Below, one piece after another: positions 44,877 through 55,248 of a stretch of 64,000 nucleotides of DNA. The translations under genes and the position numbers were made by a program. Below the pieces are notes generated by a model that ran no database searches, was not told where the DNA came from, and worked only from the letters and a program-made list of their open reading frames with translations. The DNA is from an uncultured beta proteobacterium (GTDB lineage: Bacteria; Pseudomonadota; Gammaproteobacteria; Burkholderiales; Casimicrobiaceae). The stretch covers positions 74,215-138,214 of the forward strand of contig CAWIIO010000002.1 of the NCBI GenBank assembly GCA_963836265.1, in the 5' to 3' direction. The first letter of the stretch is position 1. Each line of letters starts with the position of its first letter.

Positions 44877-45671
44877 TCACACCGCCACCGGCGCCTTGAT
44901 GGCGGGGTGACTCCGATAGTCGGCGATCTCGAAGTCCTCGAATCGGTAGTCGAACAGCGTCTCGGCTTTGCGGCGAATCACGAGCCTCGGAAGCGGATAC
45001 GGCGAGCGAGCGAGCTGCGTCGCCACCTGGTCCAGGTGGTTGAGGTAGAGGTGGCAGTCGCCGCCGGTCCATACGAAATCGCCGACGCCGAGGTCGCATT
45101 GCTGCGCGACCAGATGCGTCAGCAGCGCGTAGGACGCGATGTTGAACGGCACGCCGAGAAAGATATCGCAGCTGCGCTGGTAGAGCTGACACGATAGCTT
45201 TCCACCGGCGACGTAGAACTGGAACAGCAGATGGCACGGCGGCAGCTTCATTCGCGGGAGGTCCGCCACGTTCCATGCCGATACGACGAGGCGCCTCGAG
45301 TCCGGATTGCTGCGGATCTCGGCAAGCAGCGACGTCATCTGATCGATGTGGCGTCCGTCGGGCGCGGGCCAGCTCCGCCATTGGTAGCCGTAGATCGGCC
45401 CGAGCTCGCCGTTTGCGTCCGCCCATTCGTCCCAGATGGACACGCCGACCGCTTGCAGCGAGCCCACGTTGGTCTCGCCGCGCAGGAACCACAGCAGCTC
45501 GTGGATGATCGATTTCGTGTGCACTTTTTTCGTCGTCAGCAAGGGGAAGCCGGCGGCGAGGTCGAAGCGCATCTGATAGCCGAATACCGATAGCGTGCCC
45601 GTTCCGGTCCGGTCCGCCTTGCGGTGACCGTGGTCGCGGACGTGCCGCATGAAGTCGAGGTATTGGCGCAT
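44877..45671 (-). CDS. thyA: thymidylate synthase (ThyA type)
   Basis: 264 aa starting [15 protein letters not shown] and containing [12 protein letters not shown] and [12 protein letters not shown] (catalytic Cys). The long upstream extension of the track ORF to 46469 is rejected. Confidence 0.97.
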   Translation of the reverse strand: MRQYLDFMRHVRDHGHRKADRTGTGTLSVFGYQMRFDLAAGFPLLTTKKVHTKSIIHELLWFLRGETNVGSLQAVGVSIWDEWADANGELGPIYGYQWRSWPAPDGRHIDQMTSLLAEIRSNPDSRRLVVSAWNVADLPRMKLPPCHLLFQFYVAGGKLSCQLYQRSCDIFLGVPFNIASYALLTHLVAQQCDLGVGDFVWTGGDCHLYLNHLDQVATQLARSPYPLPRLVIRRKAETLFDYRFEDFEIADYRSHPAIKAPVAV

Positions 45672-46104
45672 CGGCGATCGCGACGTCACGGCCTTGCGTC
45701 GGACGAATCGGTTCCGGGCCCTCGAGGCGACGAAGAAGACGAGGGGAAAGATCGATTGTAGCGTGCGTGGACGGGCGGCCCGCGGCCCCACGGGCACGTC
45801 GGCACGGGACGCGACACTTCGGGCTCCCGGCGCGACCGTTCGGTAGACTGCGCGGGATGTGCCCCCTGCTGAGCGGCGGCTGGCCCCCCGGGGGACGGCG
45901 CGAGCGCGGGTCCCGCCACCCCCCGTGGCGCCGGACCGCTTTCCCCGAAGGCCGTGCCCGTGCTGCGCGGGATCCGCGAGCACAACGCGCTGCTGTTCGC
46001 CTTCGTGTTGGAGCGCAGCCTCGAATCGGCCGGCAAGCGCTTCGCCCGCACGTGTTCGAAACCCGGCCACTTCTTGTGAACCCGACCTGACGGCGACGCC
46101 ATCC

Positions 46105-47988
46105 ATGCGTGAACCCAGCCAGTTCGACCTGCTCCGCGAGCGCCGCTTCGCGCCGTTCTTCTGGACCCAGTTCTTCGGCGCCGCGAACGACAACGTATTC
46201 AAGAATGCGTTCGTGGTGTTCGTGACCTTCGAGGCGGCGGCGTCGATGCAGCTCGACGCTTCGACCATCGTCAACCTGATCGGTGCCGTGTTCATCGCGC
46301 CGTTCATGCTCTTCTCGGCTAGCGCCGGGCAGCTTGCCGACAAGCTGGAGAAGTCGCGGCTCATCCGCTGGATCAAGGTGTTCGAGATCGCGATCATGGC
46401 GATCGGTGCAATCGGCTTCTGGCAGCAGAGCGTGGCCCTGCTGTTCACGGCACTCGCGCTCCTTGGCATTCATTCGACGCTGTTCGGCCCCGTCAAGTAC
46501 GCGATCCTGCCGCAGCATCTGCGCATCGAGGAATTGACCGGCGGCAACGGCCTGGTCGAGATGGGCACCTTCGTCGCCATTCTCCTGGGCACGATCGCCG
46601 GCGGTCTCATCGTCGCGGTCAAGCCGCACGGCCTGCCGGCCGCCGGCGCGCTGGTGCTCGCCATCGCGGCAGTGGGCTGGCTCACGAGCCGCGCAATCCC
46701 GCTGACTCCCGCGGTGGCCCCGGACCTGTCGCTCAACTGGAACCCGGTCACCGAGACGTATCGCAACCTGCGCATCGGGCACGAGAACATCGTGGTCTGG
46801 CGCGCGATGCTGGGCATCTCGTGGTTTTGGTTCTACGGCGCGATCTACCTCGCCCAGCTGCCCGCCTTCACCCGCGACGTATTGGGCGGCGGCGAGCACG
46901 TGTTCACGCTGCTGCTCGCGGTATTCTCGATCGGCATCGGCGCCGGCTCGTTGCTGTGCGAGCGCATGTCGGGCCGCAAGGTCGAAGTCGGGCTGGTACC
47001 GTTCGGTTCGATCGGTCTGACCCTCTTCGCGGTGGACCTGTGGCTCGGCACCCGCCAGCTCACGCCGCAGACCGATGCGAACGTCGCGACGTTCCTCGCG
47101 CAGGGTGTCCACTGGCGCGTGCTCTTCGACGTGCTGATGCTCGGGGCGTTCGGGGGCTTCTACACGGTGCCGCTGTACGCGCTCATCCAGTCGCGGTCGG
47201 CGCCGTCGTACCGCTCGCGCATCATTGCCGCAAACAACATCCTGAATGCGTTGTTCATGGTCGCGTCGGCAGGGATCGCCATCGGCATGCTCAAGGCGGG
47301 GCTAACGATTCCCGAGCTGTTTCTGGTCGTGGGGCTGCTGAACGCTGCGGTCGCGCTGTACATCTACATGCTCGTGCCCGAGTTCCTGATGCGCTTCCTC
47401 GCGTGGCTTCTCGTGCACACGTTCTACCGCGTCGACGAGGAGGGCCTCGAGCACATTCCCGACGAAGGCGCGTGCGTCCTGGTCTGCAATCACGTGAGCT
47501 ACGTCGACGCCGTGGTCATCGCGGCGTGCGTGCGGCGACCGATCCGGTTCGTGATGGACCACCGGATCTTCAAGGTGCCGCTCCTGTCGTTCATCTTCCG
47601 CACGATGCGCACGATCCCGATCGCGCCCGCAAGGGAGGATGCCGCGATGAAGGATCGCGCGTTCGCGGAAGTCGCCGGCGCGCTCACCGCCGGCGAGATC
47701 GTGGGCATCTTTCCCGAGGGCAGGTTGACCGAGACGGGGGACCTCAATCCGTTCCGTCCCGGAGTCCAGCAGATCCTCGAGACGACGCCGGTGCCCGTCG
47801 TGCCGCTCGCGTTGCGCGGCCTGTGGGGGAGCTTCTTCAGCCGCTCGCACCGGGGCAAGGCGATGCGCCGCCTGCGCGGGATCTTTTCGCGCATTGCCCT
47901 GGTCGCGGCGCCGCCGGTGCCACCCGAACGCGTGACGCTCGACGGCTTGCAAGGGACGGTGCTCGCCCTGCGCGGCGATCGGAAGTAG
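46105..47988 (+). CDS. fusion protein: MFS lysophospholipid transporter (LplT-like) plus 1-acyl-glycerol-3-phosphate-type acyltransferase (PlsC domain)
   Basis: The N-terminal roughly 400 aa form a 12-TM MFS region ([21 protein letters not shown]...). The C-terminal domain carries the acyltransferase HX4D box ([13 protein letters not shown]) and FPEGRLT. ATG at 46105 gives MREPSQF. Confidence 0.9.
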   Translation: MREPSQFDLLRERRFAPFFWTQFFGAANDNVFKNAFVVFVTFEAAASMQLDASTIVNLIGAVFIAPFMLFSASAGQLADKLEKSRLIRWIKVFEIAIMAIGAIGFWQQSVALLFTALALLGIHSTLFGPVKYAILPQHLRIEELTGGNGLVEMGTFVAILLGTIAGGLIVAVKPHGLPAAGALVLAIAAVGWLTSRAIPLTPAVAPDLSLNWNPVTETYRNLRIGHENIVVWRAMLGISWFWFYGAIYLAQLPAFTRDVLGGGEHVFTLLLAVFSIGIGAGSLLCERMSGRKVEVGLVPFGSIGLTLFAVDLWLGTRQLTPQTDANVATFLAQGVHWRVLFDVLMLGAFGGFYTVPLYALIQSRSAPSYRSRIIAANNILNALFMVASAGIAIGMLKAGLTIPELFLVVGLLNAAVALYIYMLVPEFLMRFLAWLLVHTFYRVDEEGLEHIPDEGACVLVCNHVSYVDAVVIAACVRRPIRFVMDHRIFKVPLLSFIFRTMRTIPIAPAREDAAMKDRAFAEVAGALTAGEIVGIFPEGRLTETGDLNPFRPGVQQILETTPVPVVPLALRGLWGSFFSRSHRGKAMRRLRGIFSRIALVAAPPVPPERVTLDGLQGTVLALRGDRK

Positions 47989-48100
47989 GCGCGAAATTAC
48001 CCGCGCACCCCTCGCGGTCGCGGCATTCGGGCAGCGCTACCGGCTGGCGCGCATCGACCCCGCGTCGGCCGGGCTCGACCGCGAGGTGCTTCGCGCCGCA

Positions 48101-48886
48101 TCAGCAAGACAGCGTCGCCTCCGGCCACACGGCCGCGACGAGCGCCGGCAGAACGACCCCCGACGGTCCTCGTAACGCGAAATCGACACGATCGGAGAGT
48201 CGCGTCGGATTCGGGTTGATCTCGACGATCGCGGCGCCGTGATGGCGCGCATACGTCGGCAGCATCGCCGCCGGATACACCTCGGCCGTCGTGCCGATCA
48301 CGAGCAGCACATCGCAATCGCGTGCCGCGTGCTCCGCGCGCGCAAGAGCGTCGTCGGGCAGCGTTTCCTCGAACCAAACCACGTCGGGTCGCAGGAAGGC
48401 GCCACATTGGGTGCAGCGCGGCGCTTCGCGCGGACTCGAATCGTCCCATTGGGTGACGATCGTTCCTTCGCGCGAGCATTTGACGCGCTGGATGTTGCCG
48501 TGCAGCTCGACAACCCGGGTGCTGCCGGCCGCCTGGTGCAGGCCGTCGACGTTCTGGGTGATAACGAGGAGGCCCCCCCGGATGCAGTCGAGCGCGGCGA
48601 GCGCGTGATGGCCGGCATTGGGCTTCGCCGCGCCGATCAACTCGCGCCGCCAGGCGTACCAATCCCAGACGAGCTTGGCATTGCGCCTGAACGCGTCGGG
48701 CGTGGCGAGCTCCAGCGGATCGAATTGCGCCCACATGCCGGTCTGCGCGTCGCGAAAAGTCGGCACCCCGGACTCCGCCGAAATCCCGGCGCCGGTAAGC
48801 GCGGTGATCGCCCGCGCCTTGCGCAAGCGGCCGATCAACGCAGCCGGAATCGCGGGAGCAATGCCGGGAATGGGTTCGATCGCCAT
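48101..48886 (-). CDS. cobB: NAD-dependent protein deacylase (Sir2/CobB family)
   Basis: [26 protein letters not shown] and a zinc-ribbon cysteine pair (CTQCG, with KCSREG upstream). The start is at MAIEPIPG (ATG 48886). Confidence 0.92.
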   Translation of the reverse strand: MAIEPIPGIAPAIPAALIGRLRKARAITALTGAGISAESGVPTFRDAQTGMWAQFDPLELATPDAFRRNAKLVWDWYAWRRELIGAAKPNAGHHALAALDCIRGGLLVITQNVDGLHQAAGSTRVVELHGNIQRVKCSREGTIVTQWDDSSPREAPRCTQCGAFLRPDVVWFEETLPDDALARAEHAARDCDVLLVIGTTAEVYPAAMLPTYARHHGAAIVEINPNPTRLSDRVDFALRGPSGVVLPALVAAVWPEATLSC

Positions 48887-49038
48887 CAAGATCGTCGTTC
48901 GAAAGGGCGCGCGAGCATTCTGGGGGCTGGCCGCCGCGCGCGACATGCGCGTCCGCGTCGGCGCCCCGTCCCGTCCGCTCGCTGTGCTAGACTCGGCGCG
49001 TCTCCCGCCGCTCCCCGTCGTCCTCCGGCGCGAAGCCC

Positions 49039-50202
49039 ATGTCAGGCAACACGCTCGGCACACTCTACTGTGTCACCTCGTTCGGCGAATCGCACGGTCC
49101 CGCGATCGGCTGCGTCGTCGACGGCTGCCCTCCCGGCATGATGCTCGGCGAAGCCGACGTCCAGCGCGAGCTCGACCGGCGCAAGCCAGGCACGTCGCGC
49201 CATGTCACGCAGCGGCGCGAGGCGGATCAAGTCGAAATCCTGTCGGGCGTGTTCGAAGGGAAAACGACGGGAACGCCGATCGCGCTCGTCATTCGTAACG
49301 AAGATCAACGCAGCAAGGACTATGCCACTATCGCCGAGACGTTTCGGCCCGGCCACGCCGATTATGCGTACTGGCAGAAATACGGCATTCGCGACTATCG
49401 CGGCGGCGGCCGCTCGTCGGCCCGCGAGACCGCGGTGCGTGTCGCGGCCGGTGCGATTGCCAAGAAATGGCTGGCCGAGCGTTACGGGGTGGCCATTCGC
49501 GGTCATCTCGTACAGCTCGGACCGAATCTCATTCCGTTCGAGCATTGGAGCCACGTCGATGCAAGCCCGTTTTTTGTCGCCAACGCGTCGATTGTTTCCG
49601 AGCTCGAGACGTTCATGGACGCGTTGCGCAAGTCCGGGGACTCGTGCGGCGCCAAGATCACGGTGATCGCGACGGGCGTGCCCGCCGGGTGGGGCGAACC
49701 CGTGTACGGGCGCTTGGATGCAGACCTCGCCTCGGCGATGATGGGCATCAACGCGGTCAAAGGCGTCGAGATCGGCGCGGGATTCGCGAGTGTCACGCAA
49801 CGCGGCACCGAGCATTCGGACGAGATGACGCCGCAGGGGTACCTGTCGAACAACGCGGGCGGCGTCCTCGGCGGCGTTTCGACGGGGCAGGACGTGGTCG
49901 TCACCCTCGCGGTCAAGCCGACATCGTCGGTCCGGCTCGATCGCCGCTCGATCGACAAAGCCGGAAACCCCGTCATCGTGAACACGCACGGCCGTCACGA
50001 TCCGTGCGTCGGGATCCGCGCGACACCGATTGCCGAGGCGATGCTTGCTATCGTGCTGATGGACCATGCCTTGCGCCACCGCGCGCAGAACGCCGATGTG
50101 GTCGTCACGACGCCGAGGATCGCCGCCAAGGCGCCGCGGGACGTTGCCGCCGGCCGCCGCCCCGAATTGAACGTCGACGACCCGGACCCCGACGAGGCGT
50201 GA
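49039..50202 (+). CDS. aroC: chorismate synthase
   Basis: [44 protein letters not shown] and RHDPCV. Confidence 0.97.
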   Translation: MSGNTLGTLYCVTSFGESHGPAIGCVVDGCPPGMMLGEADVQRELDRRKPGTSRHVTQRREADQVEILSGVFEGKTTGTPIALVIRNEDQRSKDYATIAETFRPGHADYAYWQKYGIRDYRGGGRSSARETAVRVAAGAIAKKWLAERYGVAIRGHLVQLGPNLIPFEHWSHVDASPFFVANASIVSELETFMDALRKSGDSCGAKITVIATGVPAGWGEPVYGRLDADLASAMMGINAVKGVEIGAGFASVTQRGTEHSDEMTPQGYLSNNAGGVLGGVSTGQDVVVTLAVKPTSSVRLDRRSIDKAGNPVIVNTHGRHDPCVGIRATPIAEAMLAIVLMDHALRHRAQNADVVVTTPRIAAKAPRDVAAGRRPELNVDDPDPDEA

Positions 50203-50259
50203 AGGTGGTCGAGCTTCCCGCATCGAGCGCAACGATCGCGCCCGGTTCGCTAACAGGCC

Positions 50260-51699
50260 CTAACCGTAGGGCGGCGTCAGGTCGACCTCGTCGACCGTCG
50301 CCTCCGCGCGCCCGCGCGCGAACGCAAGCGCGAGAGTGTCGCCGACGGCGAGCGCCCCCGCGTCTTGGACGATCGTGCCGTCCGCTCTGGTGGCAATCGC
50401 GTAACCGCGCTCGAGCACGGCTTGCGGATTGAGGTGCACGAGATTCTGGCCGAGCGCCGCGATCCGCGTCGCGGCACGTCCGGCGTGCGCCCGCGCGGCA
50501 CGCCGCAGCGCATCGCTGGCCAGCGCGAGACGCGCTGCCTGCGGCAGTGGCTGCTTCGACTGCCACGCAAAGCGATGGGCGGCTGCACTTGTTCGGCCGC
50601 TCGCGATCACCAGCCGATGCCGCATCGCGCGACCGAGCCGCGCCGCCAGCACCTGCGCATCGCATGCTTGCCGGGCGAGCCGGACGGCGGGATGCACGAG
50701 GCGGCGGGCAAGACCGTCGACGCGCTGGATCCGGGTCTCGAGCGTGCGTTGCTGCGCCCGCTGCCAGCGGGCGCCCACGGAGTCGACGTGGCCCCAGACC
50801 GCGCGGCGGTCTGGCACGACGAGCGTTGCGGCGGCCGTAGGCGTCGGGGCGCGCGCATCGGCGACGAAATCGCAGATCGTGAAATCGGTTTCATGGCCGA
50901 TCCCGGCGACGACGGGCAACGCCGATTCATAAACGGCACGAGCGACGAGTTCCTCGTTGAACGCCCACAGGTCCTCGATCGAACCACCGCCCCGAGCGAC
51001 GATCAGCACGTCGACCTCCTGCCGGAGGTTGGCGGTACGGATCGCCTCGGCGATGCCGGCTGCCGCGCCGTCTCCTTGGACCGGGGCCGGATAGACGATG
51101 ACGCGCAGCGGGGGCCACCGCCGGTGCAGCGTGGTGAGCAGGTCGCGCAGTGCCGCGGCGCCGGTCGACGTCACGATTCCGACCGCGCGCGGAAACCGCG
51201 GCAAAGATCGCTTGCGCGCCGCGCTGAACCAGCCTGCCGCCTCGAGTCGAGCCTTGAGGCGCGCGAATCGCTCGTAGAGGACGCCGCGACCGGCGCGCCG
51301 CATCGTCTCGACGTTGAGCTGGAACTCGCCGCGCGCCTCGTAGATCGACGCCGTGGCGCGCAGCTCGACGGCGAGTCCGTTGCCGAGGCCGAAGTCGACG
51401 AACTGCGCCTTGTTCCGGAAAAAGACGCAGCGCACCTGCGCCTGCGCGTCCTTCAGATTGAAGTAGCAGTGGCCCGAGGACGCGCGCGAGAAATTCGATA
51501 TTTCGCCGGCGACCCAGATCAGGCCCAGGTGCCGCTCCAGAAGGAGCCGGGCGGAGCTCACGAGCAGCGAGACCGGGAGGACCGGTTGCGAACCCGGAGT
51601 GAGGTCGACGGGCAATTGCCCGGTACCTCGGCGGCCCCCGGCGCCGAGCGCGTCGCCCGCGGCGCCATCGGCATCGCCGGGTACGAGGGAGCGGTTCAT
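50260..51699 (-). CDS. xseA: exodeoxyribonuclease VII large subunit
   Basis: OB-fold N-terminus (WVAGEISNFSRASSGHCYFNLKD), then VGIVTS..GAALRD, ARGGGSIEDLWAFN and GIGHETD. Confidence 0.93.
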   Translation of the reverse strand: MNRSLVPGDADGAAGDALGAGGRRGTGQLPVDLTPGSQPVLPVSLLVSSARLLLERHLGLIWVAGEISNFSRASSGHCYFNLKDAQAQVRCVFFRNKAQFVDFGLGNGLAVELRATASIYEARGEFQLNVETMRRAGRGVLYERFARLKARLEAAGWFSAARKRSLPRFPRAVGIVTSTGAAALRDLLTTLHRRWPPLRVIVYPAPVQGDGAAAGIAEAIRTANLRQEVDVLIVARGGGSIEDLWAFNEELVARAVYESALPVVAGIGHETDFTICDFVADARAPTPTAAATLVVPDRRAVWGHVDSVGARWQRAQQRTLETRIQRVDGLARRLVHPAVRLARQACDAQVLAARLGRAMRHRLVIASGRTSAAAHRFAWQSKQPLPQAARLALASDALRRAARAHAGRAATRIAALGQNLVHLNPQAVLERGYAIATRADGTIVQDAGALAVGDTLALAFARGRAEATVDEVDLTPPYG

Positions 51700-51951
51700 G
51701 ACGCCCGGGTTTCCGGCTTGACAGCGTGCATGCAGAAGCCCAATTGTCCAGGACGAATTTTATGGGCCGATCCTGATTCACCCACCCGTCGAGGTCGCCG
51801 GAAGCGCTCGGCTCGCCGCGAAATCGTCCCTGAGCAAGATTTACAAAACGATGATTCGCAAGCAGAAAAATCAGGGCGGAAATTGGGCATGACAAGAATA
51901 TTACCGACCCGTTCTCCACTTAGCCGCCGAATGTACAAGATATGCACACTA

Positions 51952-51974
51952 TTATCCACAGGATTTGTGGACAA
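51952..51974. promoter_or_regulatory. inverted pair of DnaA boxes
   Basis: TTATCCACA (a perfect consensus box, 51952-51960), then ggatt, then TGTGGACAA (reverse complement TTGTCCACA, 8 of 9 matches). Located in the AT-rich xseA-glnS divergent spacer. Confidence 0.45.
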
Positions 51975-52128
51975 CCGCTCCCGCAAAGCAACGACGGTCG
52001 CCCTGAAACGCTTGTCTGGCGCGGGATTCGAAGGCACGGCTCTCGCGCACTGGGAAATGGGCGATGACGTCGAAGCACGTCCCGGTTAGAATGCAGGAAC
52101 GGCTGCGCTTGTTCATGAACAAACAATA

Positions 52129-53991
52129 ATGAGTGCTGCACTGCCGCAAGAAATCATCGATGCGGAGGCGACAACGCTGACGAAAACCTCGGCTTCGGCG
52201 CAGCGGCCGCCGGCCACCTCCGGCACACCTGCGTCGCATTTCTTGCGCGCGATCATCGCCGAAGACAACCGCACCGGCAAATACGGGGGGCGGGTCGTCA
52301 CGCGTTTTCCGCCCGAGCCCAACGGCTACCTCCATTATGGTCACGCCAAGTCGATCATCCTGAATTTCGGGCTCGCGGCCGAGAACGCCGGCCACTGCCA
52401 TCTGCGCTTCGACGATACCAATCCGTTGAAGGAAGAGACCGAATACGAAGATTCGATCGAGGCGTCGGTGCGCTGGCTGGGCTTCGATTGGGGCACGCAT
52501 CTCTATCACGCCTCCGACTACTACGACGATCTCTACCGCTTCGCCGAGTGGTTCGTCGAGCAGGGGCTTGCGTACGTCGACAGTCAGTCGGCCGAGGAGA
52601 TGCGCGCGCTTCGCGGCACGCTGATCGAGGCGGGACGGGCGAGCCCGTACCGCGATCGCACCGTCGCCGAGAACCTCGACCTCTTCCGCCGAATGCGCGC
52701 CGGCGAATTCCCGGATGGCGCACACGTGCTGCGTCTGAAGATCGACATGGCGAGCCCGAATGTCAACATGCGCGACCCGGCGATCTACCGGATCCGCCAC
52801 GCATCGCACCACCGCACCGGCGACAAATGGTGCGTCTACCCGCTATACGATTACACGCATTGCATCTCGGACGCGCTCGAGCGGATCACGCATTCGATCT
52901 GCACGCTCGAGTTCCAGGATCACCGCCCTCTGTACGAGTGGGTGATCGAGAGGCTCGCCGATGGCGGAGAGCTCGTGCGCCCGCTGCCGCAGCAGTACGA
53001 ATTCGCACGCCTCAACCTCACCTTCGTCGTGCTGTCGAAGCGCAAGCTGATCGAGCTCGTGAGCAGGGGGCACGTCGACGGGTGGGACGATCCGCGGATG
53101 CCGACCCTCGTCGGAGCGCGCCGGCGCGGCTTCACGCCGGAAGGCTTCCGCCTGTTCGCCGAGCGCATCGGCGTGTCGAAATCCGATTCATGGATCGACA
53201 TGGGCGTGCTCGAGGACTGCATGCGCGAAGACCTGAATGCGCGCGCCCCGCGCCGCCTCGCCGTGGTCGACCCGGTCAGGCTGGTGATCGACAACTATCC
53301 CGAGGGGAAGAACGAGTCTTGCGTCGCGCCGAATCACCCGCAGCACCCGGAACTTGGCCGCCGCGAACTGACGCTGTCGCGCGAGCTCTGGATCGAGCGC
53401 GACGATTACACCGAGACGCCGCAGAAAGGCTATTTCCGCCTGGCGCCAGGGGCCGAGGTGCGGCTGCGCTACGGCTACATCGTGAAATGCACCGGCGCCG
53501 ACACGGACGCCGCCGGGAACGTCGTCGCGGTGCACTGCACCTACGATCCGGAGACGAAGAGCGGTTCCGCGGGTGCGGATGCGCGCAAGGTGAAGGGAAA
53601 CATTCACTGGCTGTCGGTCACCGACGCGGTGCCGGCGGAAGTGCGCCTCTACGATCGCCTCTTCGCGGTGCCATTTCCGGGGGCGAAGAGTCCGTGGGGC
53701 GCGCGGGGTGAGAGCGGCGGCGTCGGTGCAGCGACGCACGCGACGATCGTCGCGGGAGACGACGACGAGGCGGCCGAACCGGTCGAGCGCGACTATCTCG
53801 ACGACTTGAATCCCGATTCGAAGCGCGTGCAAACGGCATTCGTCGAGCCGGCACTGGCAGGCGCTGCGCCTGAAGACCGGTTCCAGTTCGAGCGGCACGG
53901 GTATTTTGTCGCCGACCTCGCTGACCACGCGCCGGGCAGGCCCGTTTTCAATCGGACGGCGACGCTCCGCGATTCCTGGACGAAACAGTAG
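52129..53991 (+). CDS. glnS: glutaminyl-tRNA synthetase
   Basis: TRFPPEPNGYLHYGHAKS (HIGH motif), VLSKRKL (KMSKS-type motif) and QFERHGYFVAD near the C-terminus. Confidence 0.96.
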   Translation: MSAALPQEIIDAEATTLTKTSASAQRPPATSGTPASHFLRAIIAEDNRTGKYGGRVVTRFPPEPNGYLHYGHAKSIILNFGLAAENAGHCHLRFDDTNPLKEETEYEDSIEASVRWLGFDWGTHLYHASDYYDDLYRFAEWFVEQGLAYVDSQSAEEMRALRGTLIEAGRASPYRDRTVAENLDLFRRMRAGEFPDGAHVLRLKIDMASPNVNMRDPAIYRIRHASHHRTGDKWCVYPLYDYTHCISDALERITHSICTLEFQDHRPLYEWVIERLADGGELVRPLPQQYEFARLNLTFVVLSKRKLIELVSRGHVDGWDDPRMPTLVGARRRGFTPEGFRLFAERIGVSKSDSWIDMGVLEDCMREDLNARAPRRLAVVDPVRLVIDNYPEGKNESCVAPNHPQHPELGRRELTLSRELWIERDDYTETPQKGYFRLAPGAEVRLRYGYIVKCTGADTDAAGNVVAVHCTYDPETKSGSAGADARKVKGNIHWLSVTDAVPAEVRLYDRLFAVPFPGAKSPWGARGESGGVGAATHATIVAGDDDEAAEPVERDYLDDLNPDSKRVQTAFVEPALAGAAPEDRFQFERHGYFVADLADHAPGRPVFNRTATLRDSWTKQ

Positions 53992-54103
53992 AAGCGCGCC
54001 CCGCGATACGGACGGAGCAGGACGAGCCTGCTCGAGCCGGTTCTGCCGTTTTCCGCCGTTGCGCTAAGATGGCGCCCGCCGCCTTTCCCGCCGGGAGCAC
54101 TCC

Positions 54104-54973
54104 ATGAAGCGCATCGCTCTGTTCGTCGTCACCAATCTCGCCGTCCTCCTCGTGCTGTCGGTGGTCCTGCGCCTGCTCGGGCTCGATCGGGCGATGTATT
54201 CGCAGACGGGGATTTCATACGGCGGATTGCTCGCCTTCTCGGCCGTCGTCGGCTTCACCGGCGCAATCATCTCGCTGCTGATGTCGAAAGCGATGGCGAA
54301 ATGGTCCACGGGTGCGCACGTCATCGAGCAACCCGGCAACGAGGCCGAAGCGTGGCTCGTCGAGACCGTGCGCCGGCTCGCCGCAACGGCCGGCGTCGGG
54401 ATGCCCGAAGTCGCGATCTACGACGGTCCGGCCAATGCGTTCGCGACCGGGGCATTCAGGAATTCCGCATTGGTGGCGGTCTCGACCGGGTTGCTGCAGT
54501 CGATGAACAGGGAGGAGATCGAGGCGGTGCTGGGTCACGAACTGGCGCACGTCGCCAACGGCGACATGGTCACGATGACCCTGATCCAGGGCGTCGTGAA
54601 CACGTTCGTCGTGTTCTTCGCGCGCATCATCGGGTCGATCGTCGACAAGACGGTGTTTCGCACCGAACGGGGCAACGGGCCGGGCTACTTCATCACCGTC
54701 ATCGTCGCCCAGATCGTGCTCGGCATTCTCGCGTCGATAATCGTCGCCTGGTTCTCGCGCCGCCGCGAGTTCCGCGCCGATGCCGGCAGCGCGCAGTTTC
54801 TGGGCACGCCGTCGCCGATGATCAACGCGCTGCGCCGGCTGGGTGGCCTGGAGCCGGGCGAGCTACCGCAGGCGATGCACGGCTTCGGCATCACCGACAA
54901 AGGCGGGGTCATGGCGCTGTTCTCGACCCACCCGCCGATCGAGGAGCGCATCGCGGCATTGCAGAAGGCGTGA
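54104..54973 (+). CDS. htpX: membrane zinc protease HtpX
   Basis: [18 protein letters not shown]..., the HELAHV zinc motif and a C-terminal [14 protein letters not shown]. Confidence 0.96.
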   Translation: MKRIALFVVTNLAVLLVLSVVLRLLGLDRAMYSQTGISYGGLLAFSAVVGFTGAIISLLMSKAMAKWSTGAHVIEQPGNEAEAWLVETVRRLAATAGVGMPEVAIYDGPANAFATGAFRNSALVAVSTGLLQSMNREEIEAVLGHELAHVANGDMVTMTLIQGVVNTFVVFFARIIGSIVDKTVFRTERGNGPGYFITVIVAQIVLGILASIIVAWFSRRREFRADAGSAQFLGTPSPMINALRRLGGLEPGELPQAMHGFGITDKGGVMALFSTHPPIEERIAALQKA

Positions 54974-55015
54974 AGGGCGCGCTCCGAGACCCGCGCGACG
55001 CCCACGGGAGCGGCA

Positions 55016-55237
55016 ATGTTCAAGCTCGAAGTCGAGGACGACAAGGGGATCTGGAGCGACGTCCGCAGCCCCGATGGAACACTCTTGACGTTCGATAACG
55101 AGGCCGATGCGCGGGCGGCCCTGGCCACGCGCTTCCCGGTGCTCGTGCAGATGGAGCGCTACGGCGGCGGGAAACGCACGCGCGTCATTCGGATTCTCGA
55201 AGACGAGGACGACTGGCCGCAGCGGCGAAAGGATTGA
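55016..55237 (+). CDS. small hypothetical protein (73 aa)
   Basis: Clean ORF with GC-rich third positions and a GGGAG about 6 nt upstream. I see no recognisable motif. Confidence 0.65.
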   Translation: MFKLEVEDDKGIWSDVRSPDGTLLTFDNEADARAALATRFPVLVQMERYGGGKRTRVIRILEDEDDWPQRRKD

Positions 55238-55248
55238 GCGAGACGACG

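Noticed and set aside
45672-47112. Upstream extensions of thyA (ORF 44877-46469) and ORF 44797-47112 on the minus strand
   Set aside because: ThyA homology begins exactly at MRQYLDF (ATG 45671). Sequence upstream is Arg/Ala-rich and overlaps the well-supported plus-strand MFS-acyltransferase gene.
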